The position numbers and the translations under genes are program-made. From assembly GCA_035258805.1 (NCBI GenBank), contig DATFWY010000251.1, positions 843-64,842 on the forward strand: DNA of 64,000 nucleotides, in the 5' to 3' direction. The notes beneath the pieces were generated by a model. The model ran no database searches. It saw nothing but the letters and a program-made list of their open reading frames with translations, and was not told the origin of the DNA. Position 1 is the stretch's first letter; the number at the start of each line of letters is the position of its first letter. The DNA is from Blastocatellia bacterium. Its GTDB lineage: Bacteria; Acidobacteriota; Blastocatellia; UBA7656. Shown one piece after another: positions 8,302-17,065 of this stretch.

Positions 8302-11300
8302 TTACCAGTCTACACGGAATCCAAGCTGGATGAAACGCGGCTGGTTGTACTGACTATTCAAAACGCCGAAGCTGGCCGGATCCGTGAAGTCGAGGAACAG
8401 ATCCGAAAATTCGACGCGGTTGAAGACGTTGGTGAAATCAGCAGAGAAGCGGAGGTGCACCCTCTCCGTGATCGTCGTCTGTTTTCCGATTGACAGGTCC
8501 ATGTTCCAACGACCCAAGCCGCGGATTGCTCCGCGGTGCTGATTGGTGTCTTCGCTGATACGAATCTGCCGGAAGCTGTTGTAGACCTCCTCAGGATTCT
8601 TGAAGTAGTTGAGCCCCGTGCCTCCCCCGCCGGCATTGGTGCCAACGCCGCCAGAGCCGACAACACCCTTGTGCACAGATGTGTTGAAATTGCCCTTCGT
8701 CGGAACCATCGAGTCGCAATTACCAAAGATGCCCTGCCCAAATTCCTGACAGACGCCTTGGTTGAAATCAAGCGGCAACCCGCTGGCATACGTATAGATG
8801 CCAGAGGTGTACCACCCGCTGATCAACTTGTCCCACCAGCGCCCGCCCCGCCCGAACGGTAACTGATGATACCAGTACGCGTTCAAGGTGTGACGACGAT
8901 CGAAAATGGCCGGGCCGAAATCAAACTCCAGATTGTACGCATTAGTAGCAGAGTTGAGCGTGTTCTGATTGATCCCGATCATGTCCCTCGTCCTCGATAG
9001 GGTGTAGTTAGTCCCCAACGTGAGGCCATGGCTCATCCGCTTGGTCAAGGTCACAAACCCAGCGTGATAATCCGACCGCCCGAGGTCGCTGATCATATAC
9101 AGCATCTCGATTGAGTCGATGATTGCCGGACCGGTAATCAGGCTGTCGTTTATGCTCCTCCACACGTCATAGACCGCACCGCTTTGGATTGAACCGCCAA
9201 GCTCGTTCACTACACCAGCAGTGCAACCAGGCGCGCAGAAATCGCTGCCTTTCAGCATGTTCTCAAACCACGCCTGCGAGGCGGGGCTTTTCCCAGCTCT
9301 TAGCTGAGAGGCGACCGCATCGAACGCCTGCGCAAAAGTCTGGCCTGACTTCGGGTCCTTCATAAAGAAAGGAGCCTGGTTCAGATCGAGTCCTTGATAC
9401 AGACCGTGCGACACGCGCCCCACATAGCCAACTTCGAGCAGCATGTTCCAGGGCAGCTCACGCTGAAAGGTGACGTCCCATCCATGTGAAGACCCGACCT
9501 GTCGCTTCGGATCGATCTGGAAGGAGAGAAACTCAGGATTGCTGTTCACACCAGGAGTGATTGGCAACTTCGCGCTAGGAATAGTAGGCAAGGGTACCGT
9601 GCTGCCATCCACGCCGATACGAAAGGCGGTTGATGGATTCGTCCCGCCGCCACCAAGACATTGACCGCCGATACTGGGACCCTGGCAGGTAAGCGTCAGG
9701 CCGTATCCAACGCCAAGAATGGGTATCATTACGATGCCCACTCCGTTGATCCGGTCGTAGCTCAGCGCGTAGCCGCCTCGCAATACGCTCTTGTGGTCGC
9801 CAAACAGCTTGCCCATGAATCCGCTTGTGAACGAGGGGTTCCACGCAGCAGCGATCCGCGGACCGAGGTTGTTCCAATCAGGATCATACGGATACTTGCG
9901 TCCCGTCTCCCCGACCGGCAGATACCCGATCACCGGGTTGTACACCTGGCCCGCATTAGCAGCCGCTTCGCGCGCTTTGAGGAAATCACGAACGTTGAGG
10001 ACCTTGTTGCCATTACCAGTGTCAACCATCAAGGTTTGTTTACCCTCCTTCTCCAATGGAGGTAACTGAACGTTGTAGGTTAAGCCGTAACTCAACGTTA
10101 GAGAGGGCTTGATTCTCCAGATGTCATTCGCGAACAGCTCGAATGCATTTACCTTGACCTCCTCGCGGAGCGGGGTCCCAGGAGCGTTGAGCTCCAACTG
10201 CCCGTTTCGTGTAGCCAGCACTGTGGCCCTATCAACGATACCCAACATCGCCGAATAAAGCGTGTTCCAACGCGTGACATCCCCAGACTGAAGACAGTTG
10301 CTACTAACACCTGCGCCACATGTCGGCGGCCGGTTCGCATCCGGGATGAGCACGTTCGTGCCTTTAGTGACTTGATAAATCAGCGAGGTAAGGCCACCAA
10401 CTACCTTATCATCGCGCTGGTGGATTATGTTCTGGTGCGTATACCGGCCCCCAAACTGATAAGTGTGCTCACCTTTGGCCCAGGTTGTGTTGTCCTGGAA
10501 CGTGTAATCTCTTCCGTTCCAGATGCGGCCGCGAGCGTTTTGGGTGTCTATGTTCACCGGTTCATCAATGAAGCTGTTTACGCCTTCGCCGGCAATCGCG
10601 AGCGCTGCAGACGTGCCGGATACCAGAGGGCTCGGTTTCTGGGTGGCCCACTCCCACCAGTGGCGAAGCCAGTTGAAGCGGAAGTCAGTCGTCAGACGAG
10701 GAGTGATTGATCCCGTGAGACCGCCGACAACATATCGAGGCTGAAGCGGCCTGTTGGCGGTAGGCACCGGGCTCCCGCCAGTTATGTTGATCTGGGCCAG
10801 CGAGGGTTGAGCTGTACGGCCGTAGCGATAGCTGCCCATAAATTGCCACTTGTCGGAGAAGTGATGGTCTAACCTCATGACCCCAAAATCTTCTGTGAGG
10901 GAGAAGGGCGCGGCAGCTCGGAAGCCAATCGTGTTAAGGCCATCCCCAGAGGAGGAATCGTTACCCGCAGGCAGGAGGTCGAGCTGAGCCTTTACCACCG
11001 GGCTGATGCCCTTATTTCTCGGGTCACACGGAGAATTGTTCGCCGGTCCGCAAAGCGTCGACGTGCCAAGGTTGTAGCTCACTATAACGCCGCTGGCATT
11101 CTTGAAGCGCAGGATGCCTGCCTTGAAGGTATCGGTCGGCACCAGACGCAGGGTGTCTCCGGACTGTGGGAAGCGCCTCCCCTCGTAATGCCCGAAGATG
11201 AATGTCTTGTCCTTCCAGATTGGACCGCCCAGAGACAGCCCGAACCGGTTGTCCTTCAACTCGGGATCCTTCTGGCCGAGCCGGTTCCGAGTGAAGGTGT

Positions 11301-12114
11301 TGGCATTCAGGTTGTCGTTCTGGTGATACCAGTAAGCGGAGCCATGGAATTCATTCGTTCCGCGCTTGGTCACCAGGTTCACCTGGGCGCCGGCCGATCG
11401 CCCAAAGGTCGCGTTCGGGTTGTTGGTATTGACGCGGAACTCTTCGAGGCTTTCGGCTGGCGTGGGGACAACGGCTCTCGGTGTACCTGCAAAGCCGTTA
11501 TTGTATCCACCGTTGCCTTCAGTGTTGCTGGTGGCGTCTCCGCCGTCCACCATGAAGGTGTTCTGGTCGCTTCTCGCGCCGGCAACTTGACCGCCAGTTC
11601 CTTCCCCTTCACTCCGACCAGGCGTAACCATGGGCTGGAGGTTGAGCAAGGCGGTGGCATCGCGCGACAAGCTCGGCAGCCTTGAAAGCGCATCGGCGCC
11701 TATCACGTTCCCTACCGTGGCATCGAGCTTCTGAAGCTCTGCTCCGGTGCCAGCAGACACTTCAACCCTCTCAGTAATAGCTCCCGCCTCCAATGTAACG
11801 TTGACCAGGTATTGCCTGCCAACATCGATTTTTTGAGAGTTTATCACGGCCTGGCGGAAGTTTTGCATAGTGACCGTGATCCTGTAGACGCCGGGCTGGA
11901 CTGACGTGAACAGATATTGCCCGGCGTCATTGGTAGTCTGTTTGCGCTCTTGGTTCGTTGCGGTGTCGAGCAGCGTGATGGTGGCCCCCGGAACTATTGC
12001 GCCTTGAGAATCGGCTACTGTCCCGGAGATAGTCGACCCAGTTTGTGAGTGAGCAACCGCAAGAACACTGAAGAACAGAAACAAGGTGAGCGTACTTCTC
12101 TTCAGCTGTCGCAT
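8302..12114 (-). CDS. TonB-dependent-receptor-like outer membrane protein (carboxypeptidase-like N-domain, Oar-like)
   Basis: Signal peptide, GTVADSQGAIVPGA, EFRVNTNN...FGRSAGAQVNLVTKRGTNEFHG, C-terminal PRFIQLGFRVDW; 1270 aa. Confidence 0.9.
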   Translation of the reverse strand: MRQLKRSTLTLFLFFSVLAVAHSQTGSTISGTVADSQGAIVPGATITLLDTATNQERKQTTNDAGQYLFTSVQPGVYRITVTMQNFRQAVINSQKIDVGRQYLVNVTLEAGAITERVEVSAGTGAELQKLDATVGNVIGADALSRLPSLSRDATALLNLQPMVTPGRSEGEGTGGQVAGARSDQNTFMVDGGDATSNTEGNGGYNNGFAGTPRAVVPTPAESLEEFRVNTNNPNATFGRSAGAQVNLVTKRGTNEFHGSAYWYHQNDNLNANTFTRNRLGQKDPELKDNRFGLSLGGPIWKDKTFIFGHYEGRRFPQSGDTLRLVPTDTFKAGILRFKNASGVIVSYNLGTSTLCGPANNSPCDPRNKGISPVVKAQLDLLPAGNDSSSGDGLNTIGFRAAAPFSLTEDFGVMRLDHHFSDKWQFMGSYRYGRTAQPSLAQINITGGSPVPTANRPLQPRYVVGGLTGSITPRLTTDFRFNWLRHWWEWATQKPSPLVSGTSAALAIAGEGVNSFIDEPVNIDTQNARGRIWNGRDYTFQDNTTWAKGEHTYQFGGRYTHQNIIHQRDDKVVGGLTSLIYQVTKGTNVLIPDANRPPTCGAGVSSNCLQSGDVTRWNTLYSAMLGIVDRATVLATRNGQLELNAPGTPLREEVKVNAFELFANDIWRIKPSLTLSYGLTYNVQLPPLEKEGKQTLMVDTGNGNKVLNVRDFLKAREAAANAGQVYNPVIGYLPVGETGRKYPYDPDWNNLGPRIAAAWNPSFTSGFMGKLFGDHKSVLRGGYALSYDRINGVGIVMIPILGVGYGLTLTCQGPSIGGQCLGGGGTNPSTAFRIGVDGSTVPLPTIPSAKLPITPGVNSNPEFLSFQIDPKRQVGSSHGWDVTFQRELPWNMLLEVGYVGRVSHGLYQGLDLNQAPFFMKDPKSGQTFAQAFDAVASQLRAGKSPASQAWFENMLKGSDFCAPGCTAGVVNELGGSIQSGAVYDVWRSINDSLITGPAIIDSIEMLYMISDLGRSDYHAGFVTLTKRMSHGLTLGTNYTLSRTRDMIGINQNTLNSATNAYNLEFDFGPAIFDRRHTLNAYWYHQLPFGRGGRWWDKLISGWYTSGIYTYASGLPLDFNQGVCQEFGQGIFGNCDSMVPTKGNFNTSVHKGVVGSGGVGTNAGGGGTGLNYFKNPEEVYNSFRQIRISEDTNQHRGAIRGLGRWNMDLSIGKQTTITERVHLRFSADFTNVFNRVEFSDLFLDFTDPASFGVLNSQYNQPRFIQLGFRVDW

Positions 12115-12421
12115 TTGTGATCCTCCTGAAGTTTGCGCGATAACGCAAACTCGATTTGAGAAGCCAATAGCCCGCCCGGTATCGACCGGCGAACCTCATC
12201 TTAGCCCAGCGATTGCCGCCGTGGTATGCTGCGGCTTACGTGCATGCTGAGCGGTTAACCGTTAGTCAAACCTCGGTGAAGCGTGTCGACTAATAAGGCC
12301 GTTGAAATGAAGGATTCGTACAAGTGCGCCGCAGCCCTGAGGTGAGCAGTCAGGAGTTAAGAATCCGCCGCGACTGGCCGGATTATATCACCAACGCCCG
12401 CCATCGCAACCTTTTTATTGT

Positions 12422-13149
12422 TCACCAGAAACGGCTGCGTGGAGTTAGAGAATTGCGAGTCTTCCTACGTTTAGAGAACTGTCTGTCTTTCTCACAGCCA
12501 TCAGCGCGGACCATTATGTTTTCAGGCTTGATGTCTCGATGAACTATTCCCGCTTGATGCGCCGCTGCCAGCCCGCTCGCCACCTGAACTGCCACACGCA
12601 GCGTCTCGCCCAGAGTCATACCTGCACTCGAAATGTGCTGACGTAGAGTCTCTCCATCTACGTACTCGGTAGCCATAAAGTGCAGAGGGCCTTCTTGACC
12701 GATTTCATGGATGGTGAGGATATTCGGATGATTGAGCGCAGATGCAGCACGCGCCTCCTGCCGGAACCGGCCCAGCCGCTCTCGTTCGTGGTGAACTCGC
12801 TGCGCAGCAGTTTTAGCGCAACTCTTCGACCCAACTTCGTGTCCTCAGCAAGGAATACTTCACCCATTCCGCCGCGTCCGATGCGGCTTAGGACCTGGTA
12901 ATGGCCGATTTCTTTGCCTACGATTCGATTTGCCCGGTCATCGGCGAGCATCTCGGTGGCAGCTTCACCGGCCACTGCTTCGATGGAATCCCCGGCTTGA
13001 TCATGAGAAGAGATGAGCGATTCCACTTCGCTGCGAAGAACCGCATCGTGACCGCAGGCCTGGGCTACAAATGCGGACCGCTCCGCAGGGTTACGCTCAA
13101 GTGCGGATTGAAAAATTTGTTTTACTTGTGGCCACCGCTCTGGCGTCAT
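12422..13149 (-). pseudogene. Ser/Thr kinase pseudogene (paralog of 1-1924)
   Basis: MTPERWPQV start; 1-bp deletion near 12782; similarity stops just after HRDIKPENIMVRADG at ~12496. Confidence 0.85.
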
Positions 13150-13320
13150 AATTTACAGCGGCAAGCGGCGAGTAATTGATCACCCGCTCCAATCAATAAG
13201 GAGGTCAATGACATCCTTGCGCGAAGTCGTTGCCATAGAGAATGAGGAACCTTACCGGGAGATTTATTCCTTTGGTTCTGCCTAATTTACTCCTCAGTTC
13301 ATTATCGAATCAATCAAAAG
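12496..13320. repeat. ~825-bp diverged direct repeat, copy 2
   Basis: Aligns with 1270-2095. Confidence 0.9.
13150..13236 (-). pseudogene. ECF sigma factor N-terminal stub, copy 2
   Basis: MATTSRKDVIDLLIDWSG(G)DQ, then the same deletion up to the kinase ATG. Confidence 0.55.
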
Positions 13321-13364
13321 CGGTAGCACCAACTTATTAATTATTAAGTAAGAGGAATGACCAG

Positions 13365-13595
13365 ATGCGACGCTTGCGAATGAGATCACTGACGACTGCG
13401 GAGGTAACTGCGAGACTAGTTGTTCACCAGACCCACGTTCAAGTCTTGATCCGCGAGGGCCGCTTGCCCGCGCAGAAATTCGGGAACATGTTTCTAGTTG
13501 ATGAGAAGCATTTGAAGCTCGTTGCTGATCGCAAGCCCGGTCGGCCTCGCTCGAAGGCGAAGGCTAATCGCGGCAGGGGCGGTGGCCGTAAGTAA
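13365..13595 (+). CDS. Excisionase-like helix-turn-helix protein (HTH_17 type) with AT-hook-like tail
   Basis: LTTAEVTARL...VQVLIREGRLPAQKFGNMFLV and KPGRPR. Confidence 0.75.
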   Translation: MRRLRMRSLTTAEVTARLVVHQTHVQVLIREGRLPAQKFGNMFLVDEKHLKLVADRKPGRPRSKAKANRGRGGGRK

Positions 13596-13711
13596 AGCAA
13601 GGTGCTAAGGATTCGATTTTTGATCTGTCCAATATAATCCTTTGACCAATTCGTGGAACTTAACGCTATGTTTGTCTTGGCTTAGGCGTCGATTAACAGC
13701 CGAGTACAAGG

Positions 13712-14284
13712 ATGGATGAATTTCTGAAAATGAGTTACGTACTCTCGCCGCTGCTGGTCGGGCTCGCCTTCCACGGTTTGTGTATAAAGTTCGGCTGGCT
13801 GCGTTTGCTCGCGCGGCCTATCGATGCCGGAGCCACGCTGCGCGGCAGACAGCGCTTCGGGGCCAACAAGACGTGGCGAGGCGTGGTAGCGGTCGCCCTC
13901 GGTACAGCGGCAGGCTTCGGGCTTCAGGCATTGCTGCATTGCGTTGGCGGCGGGCATAGTCTGGAAGTCCTCGACTACGGCAACCCCGCGGTAGTAGTGC
14001 TTGGGCTGGCGGTGGGGGCGGCTGCAATGCTGAGTGAGCTCCCGAACAGTCTGCTGAAACGTCAGTTGGGGATAGCGCCGGGAGCAGCCAGTCGCGGCGT
14101 TTTGGGCGTAGTGTTCTACGCGTTGGACCAGATCGACATGTTGGTTGGAGTATGGGTCGTGTTGGGCTTCGTCGTGGGAATAACAGCGGCGCGGGTGCTA
14201 TGGTCGGTGGTGTTTCTGTTCGTCGCTCATCAGCTTCTCACGGTGGTAGGCTATGGGCTTGGGATGCGGGCGACGGCACGCTGA
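13712..14284 (+). CDS. CDP-archaeol synthase (CarS/DUF46)-like membrane cytidylyltransferase
   Basis: FGANKTWRG, SELPNSLLKRQLGI and LDQID motifs; multiple transmembrane segments. Confidence 0.8.
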   Translation: MDEFLKMSYVLSPLLVGLAFHGLCIKFGWLRLLARPIDAGATLRGRQRFGANKTWRGVVAVALGTAAGFGLQALLHCVGGGHSLEVLDYGNPAVVVLGLAVGAAAMLSELPNSLLKRQLGIAPGAASRGVLGVVFYALDQIDMLVGVWVVLGFVVGITAARVLWSVVFLFVAHQLLTVVGYGLGMRATAR

Positions 14285-14632
14285 CGGCTCCGCCTAATCA
14301 GTGACGCGTCGGCTTGTCGGCTCATTAGTTAGTATTACTGTGAAAAAGATAGTCCTGATTTTCGTGTGTTGGCAAAAGAACGCTTCACAAGGCGAAGGCT
14401 AAAGACTTGTACCTCAGCCCACTATTTCTGGGCAGCCTGCGATATGCGAGAAATCTAAGGCCCGACGGCATTTTCTTACTGTCGACAAAGTACGGGCTTT
14501 GGAGCTAGATGTTGTGGCTGTAAACGAAGGTCCTCGACGAACACAACAGAAGTGCCCTTATGTTTTGTTCAATAAGTCCGGCTCTCTCTCAATTTGGCTA
14601 TGTCTCTTCCATCTCTTCGTGGTCGCATTCGG

Positions 14633-15274
14633 GATCCATCTCGTCGGACACGAGGGCTATGATACGTCCGATGACTATCGAGGAGACGAAAGCTTTTCTA
14701 ACGTGTGCAAAGGAAACCGGCTCGAAGCACTATTCACTGTCGCGCTCGCGATGGGATTGCGTCAGGGTGAAGCTCTTGGCTTGCGATGGGAAGATGTTGA
14801 TTGGGAATCCGGCTTGTTGCGCGTGCGTCATTAACTTCAGCGCATCAACCGTAAGCTTGTACTCAACGAACTGAAGACTAAGAGTAGTCGTCGAGAGTTG
14901 CCGCTAATCGATGTCGTGGCTAATAGTCTACGAGCCCATCGGAGCCGCCAACGTTCTGAAAGACTTGCAGCCGGACAGGATTGGCAAGAGATCGGTTTGT
15001 GTTCACGACTACGATTGGGGCTCCGCTCGACGCCCGGAACGTCGTTCGAAGCTACCATAAAGTTCTAGCTGATGCCGGATTGGCTCTGAGGCGCTTTCAC
15101 GACCTTCGCCACGGATGCGCCACGCTCCTCTCAGCTCAAGGGGTTCCAATCAAAACGGTCTCGGATATTCTGGGCCACAGCCAAATCAGCATAACCGCCG
15201 ATATATACGGGCATGTAGTGCCGGAGGCGCACCGCGCCGCCCTGCAGGCAATTGACAAAGTTTTGGCAATATAA
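14633..15274 (+). pseudogene. Tyrosine integrase relic 2 (catalytic domain)
   Basis: GLRQGEALGLRW, RFHDLRHGCA, LGHSQISITADIYGH. Internal TAA at 14832-14834 plus frameshifts; N-terminus absent. Confidence 0.85.
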
Positions 15275-15290
15275 TCAATGCGGAAGTCGG

Positions 15291-15312
15291 TTGCTGTCAA
15301 GATTGCTGTCAA
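15291..15312 (+). repeat. Putative integrase arm-type sites, left pair (TTGCTGTCAA x2)
   Basis: ttgctgtcaa-ga-ttgctgtcaa just after the integrase stop. Confidence 0.6.
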
Positions 15313-15324
15313 TTCCGTAAAATG

Positions 15325-15356
15325 AGTTAGGGCCACGCATAAACGTGGCCCTAACT
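15325..15356. terminator. 13-bp perfect hairpin, likely intrinsic terminator
   Basis: agttagggccacg-cataaa-cgtggccctaact followed by gttttgatttattt. Confidence 0.75.
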
Positions 15357-15369
15357 GTTTTGATTTATT

Positions 15370-15414
15370 TGATGAGCCGTGCAGGGCTCGAACCTCCGAC
15401 CCGCTGATTAAGAG
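15370..15414 (-). other. 3' fragment of tRNA-Lys(CTT), probable att core
   Basis: Minus strand: CTCTTAATCAGCGGGTCGGAGGTTCGAGCCCTGCACGGCTCATCA, i.e. anticodon loop, T-loop and acceptor strand. The 5' half is absent and the T-stem has one mismatch. Confidence 0.75.
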
Positions 15415-15509
15415 GCCGGGGCAAACGTATTGTGGTGTGTTGCTCTGTCCAGAAAACAACAACTTACGTGTTGCTGCGTCCATTGCGTGTTGCCTCGTTC
15501 CGTCCCGTC

Positions 15510-15529
15510 TGCTGTCAAGGTTGCTGTCA
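15510..15529 (+). repeat. Putative integrase arm-type sites, right pair
   Basis: tgctgtcaa-gg-ttgctgtca, same motif and orientation as 15291-15312. Confidence 0.6.
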
Positions 15530-15894
15530 TTTTTTTCTGCAGCCAAGAGCCAACCCGCGAGCCGAACTGAAGCCGAATAGTAAAGCCCCTACGAGTCTTT
15601 AGTGATTGTTTTAATTGCACGACATAGCTACAAGCGCACTGTTGGCTAGGATGGAAATGCAAGCACCGTTAGCACAACCAGAAGTGATTTCATTCGCTAT
15701 CCTCCAGAAATCGCGTCGGCATTGGACGGGTATGAACCAGATCTACATTCTCCAATTGTAGTCTTCATTCTGCGCCTTTGCGTAGAATTTCGGTCGAGCT
15801 CGTAGCGCGGAAGCAACGGAAGGCTGCTCAACGCTGAAACACCGCACGTTTCCGTAAGAGGATTGATCATATATAGGACAGGAAAGAACCACGT

Positions 15895-16581
15895 TTATCG
15901 CACGGCCGATCCAAATCGCTTTCGGGTTTCACCAGCTGTCGCCTCAATACCCTGCAGCACAAAGCGCGCTAGCGCCTCAGTATACTCGGCCCTAGTGACA
16001 CCTTTAAGGTTCCATCGCTTGAGCGCCCAAGCCGAACACATCAGCGGTAAGACGTTCTCAAGGATTTGACTATTCGGAATGTTGAAGACGCCCCTTTTCA
16101 CGCCGCGCTCGAGAACCTCAGAGAAAATTCGCAAGTAACTCCTTTCTTTTCCAAATACGTCAGAAAGGTGCCCTGAAGTCTTCATCACCCGCGACTCCTG
16201 ATATAACAAGATTATCGCTTCCTGATACTCGTCGGTGTGCTCCATGGCCGCTCTTATCAGTGCCTTGATTTGTTCGACTGGATCGTCACTCTCTTTAGCC
16301 GCGTCCTGGAGCCTATGAGACAACTCGCTAAGAACGTTGTCATAAATCAAGAAAAGAATATCATCCTTGGTCTTTACGTAATCGTAAATTGACCCGTATG
16401 CCAGGCCGGCAAGCTTCGTTACCTGCTTTAAGTTTGTTTCGTGAAAGCCGTTCTCCGTGAAAGCTTTTAGCGCCGCCTCGCAGATCTGTTGCCGGCGCTT
16501 CTGCACAAGCGCCTCGTCCTTCACACTAGTGTGGATTCTATGGCCTCCCAAACTTTTCGTGATCTTGCTGTTGTTATTCAT
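15895..16581 (-). CDS. TetR/AcrR family transcriptional regulator
   Basis: RRQQICEAALKAFTENGFHETNLKQVTKLAGLAYGSIYDYVKTKDDIL HTH; ATG 16581 follows GGGGAGG (track start 16596). Confidence 0.92.
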   Translation of the reverse strand: MNNNSKITKSLGGHRIHTSVKDEALVQKRRQQICEAALKAFTENGFHETNLKQVTKLAGLAYGSIYDYVKTKDDILFLIYDNVLSELSHRLQDAAKESDDPVEQIKALIRAAMEHTDEYQEAIILLYQESRVMKTSGHLSDVFGKERSYLRIFSEVLERGVKRGVFNIPNSQILENVLPLMCSAWALKRWNLKGVTRAEYTEALARFVLQGIEATAGETRKRFGSAVR

Positions 16582-16603
16582 GACATACCTCCCCAACGAA
16601 TCT

Positions 16604-17065
16604 TCAATCCAAACCCTCTCTCAATCTGAACTTGGGTAATGTAATCTCATCGTTGATGTCTTCGAAGAGTACTTCTACATGATTTCCTATATTTACGTCG
16701 CCCGGGTCACAATCAACGACATTGCTCATCATCCGTACACCTTCTTCCAAATCGATCAACGCAAGCACGTAGGGGACTTTGTCCCGAAAGAACGGGGACG
16801 GCGGCCGATGTATTACCGTAAAAGAGTACACAACGCCGCGGCCGCTGCTCTTGCGCCATTCGAAGCGTTCGGAAAGACAATGCGGACATATGAGCCGTGG
16901 ATAAAATCGGAACTTATCGCAATCGAGGCACTGCTGAAGCACAAGCTGGTGACCTCGAGCAGCGTCCCAGTATTCCTGAGAGTCCCGATCGGGCTTCGGC
17001 AAAGGACCTTCATATATCGGCACTGTTAGTTCCCCAATATCAGCGTTGCGTGGCTCGAAAGCCAT
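16604..17065 (-). CDS. DUF35 family Zn-ribbon/OB-fold protein
   Basis: CLDC...CPHC and G-x-VYSFTVIH...PYVLALIDLEEGVRMMSN; true start may be GTG 17023. Confidence 0.92.
   Translation of the reverse strand: MAFEPRNADIGELTVPIYEGPLPKPDRDSQEYWDAARGHQLVLQQCLDCDKFRFYPRLICPHCLSERFEWRKSSGRGVVYSFTVIHRPPSPFFRDKVPYVLALIDLEEGVRMMSNVVDCDPGDVNIGNHVEVLFEDINDEITLPKFRLREGLD

Noticed and set aside
12422-12496. IS end at the kinase pseudogene breakpoint (TGTGAGAAAG...)
   Set aside because: No matching inverted repeat, transposase or target duplication found.
13712-14284. A complete ether-lipid (brGDGT) pathway
   Set aside because: Only a single CarS-like gene; no GGGP/DGGGP synthase or radical SAM lipid genes in the window.
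14633-15274. Integron integrase (IntI) explaining the cassette-like CarS gene
   Set aside because: It resembles phage/ICE integrases and I see no IntI-specific insertion, attI or cassette array.
15342-15370. IHF site near the att core
   Set aside because: AATCAA is followed by TTA with 5 rather than 4 spacer bases; too weak to call.
15370-15414. Functional tRNA-Lys gene
   Set aside because: The 5' acceptor strand and D-arm are absent and the T-stem is mismatched; reported only as an att fragment.
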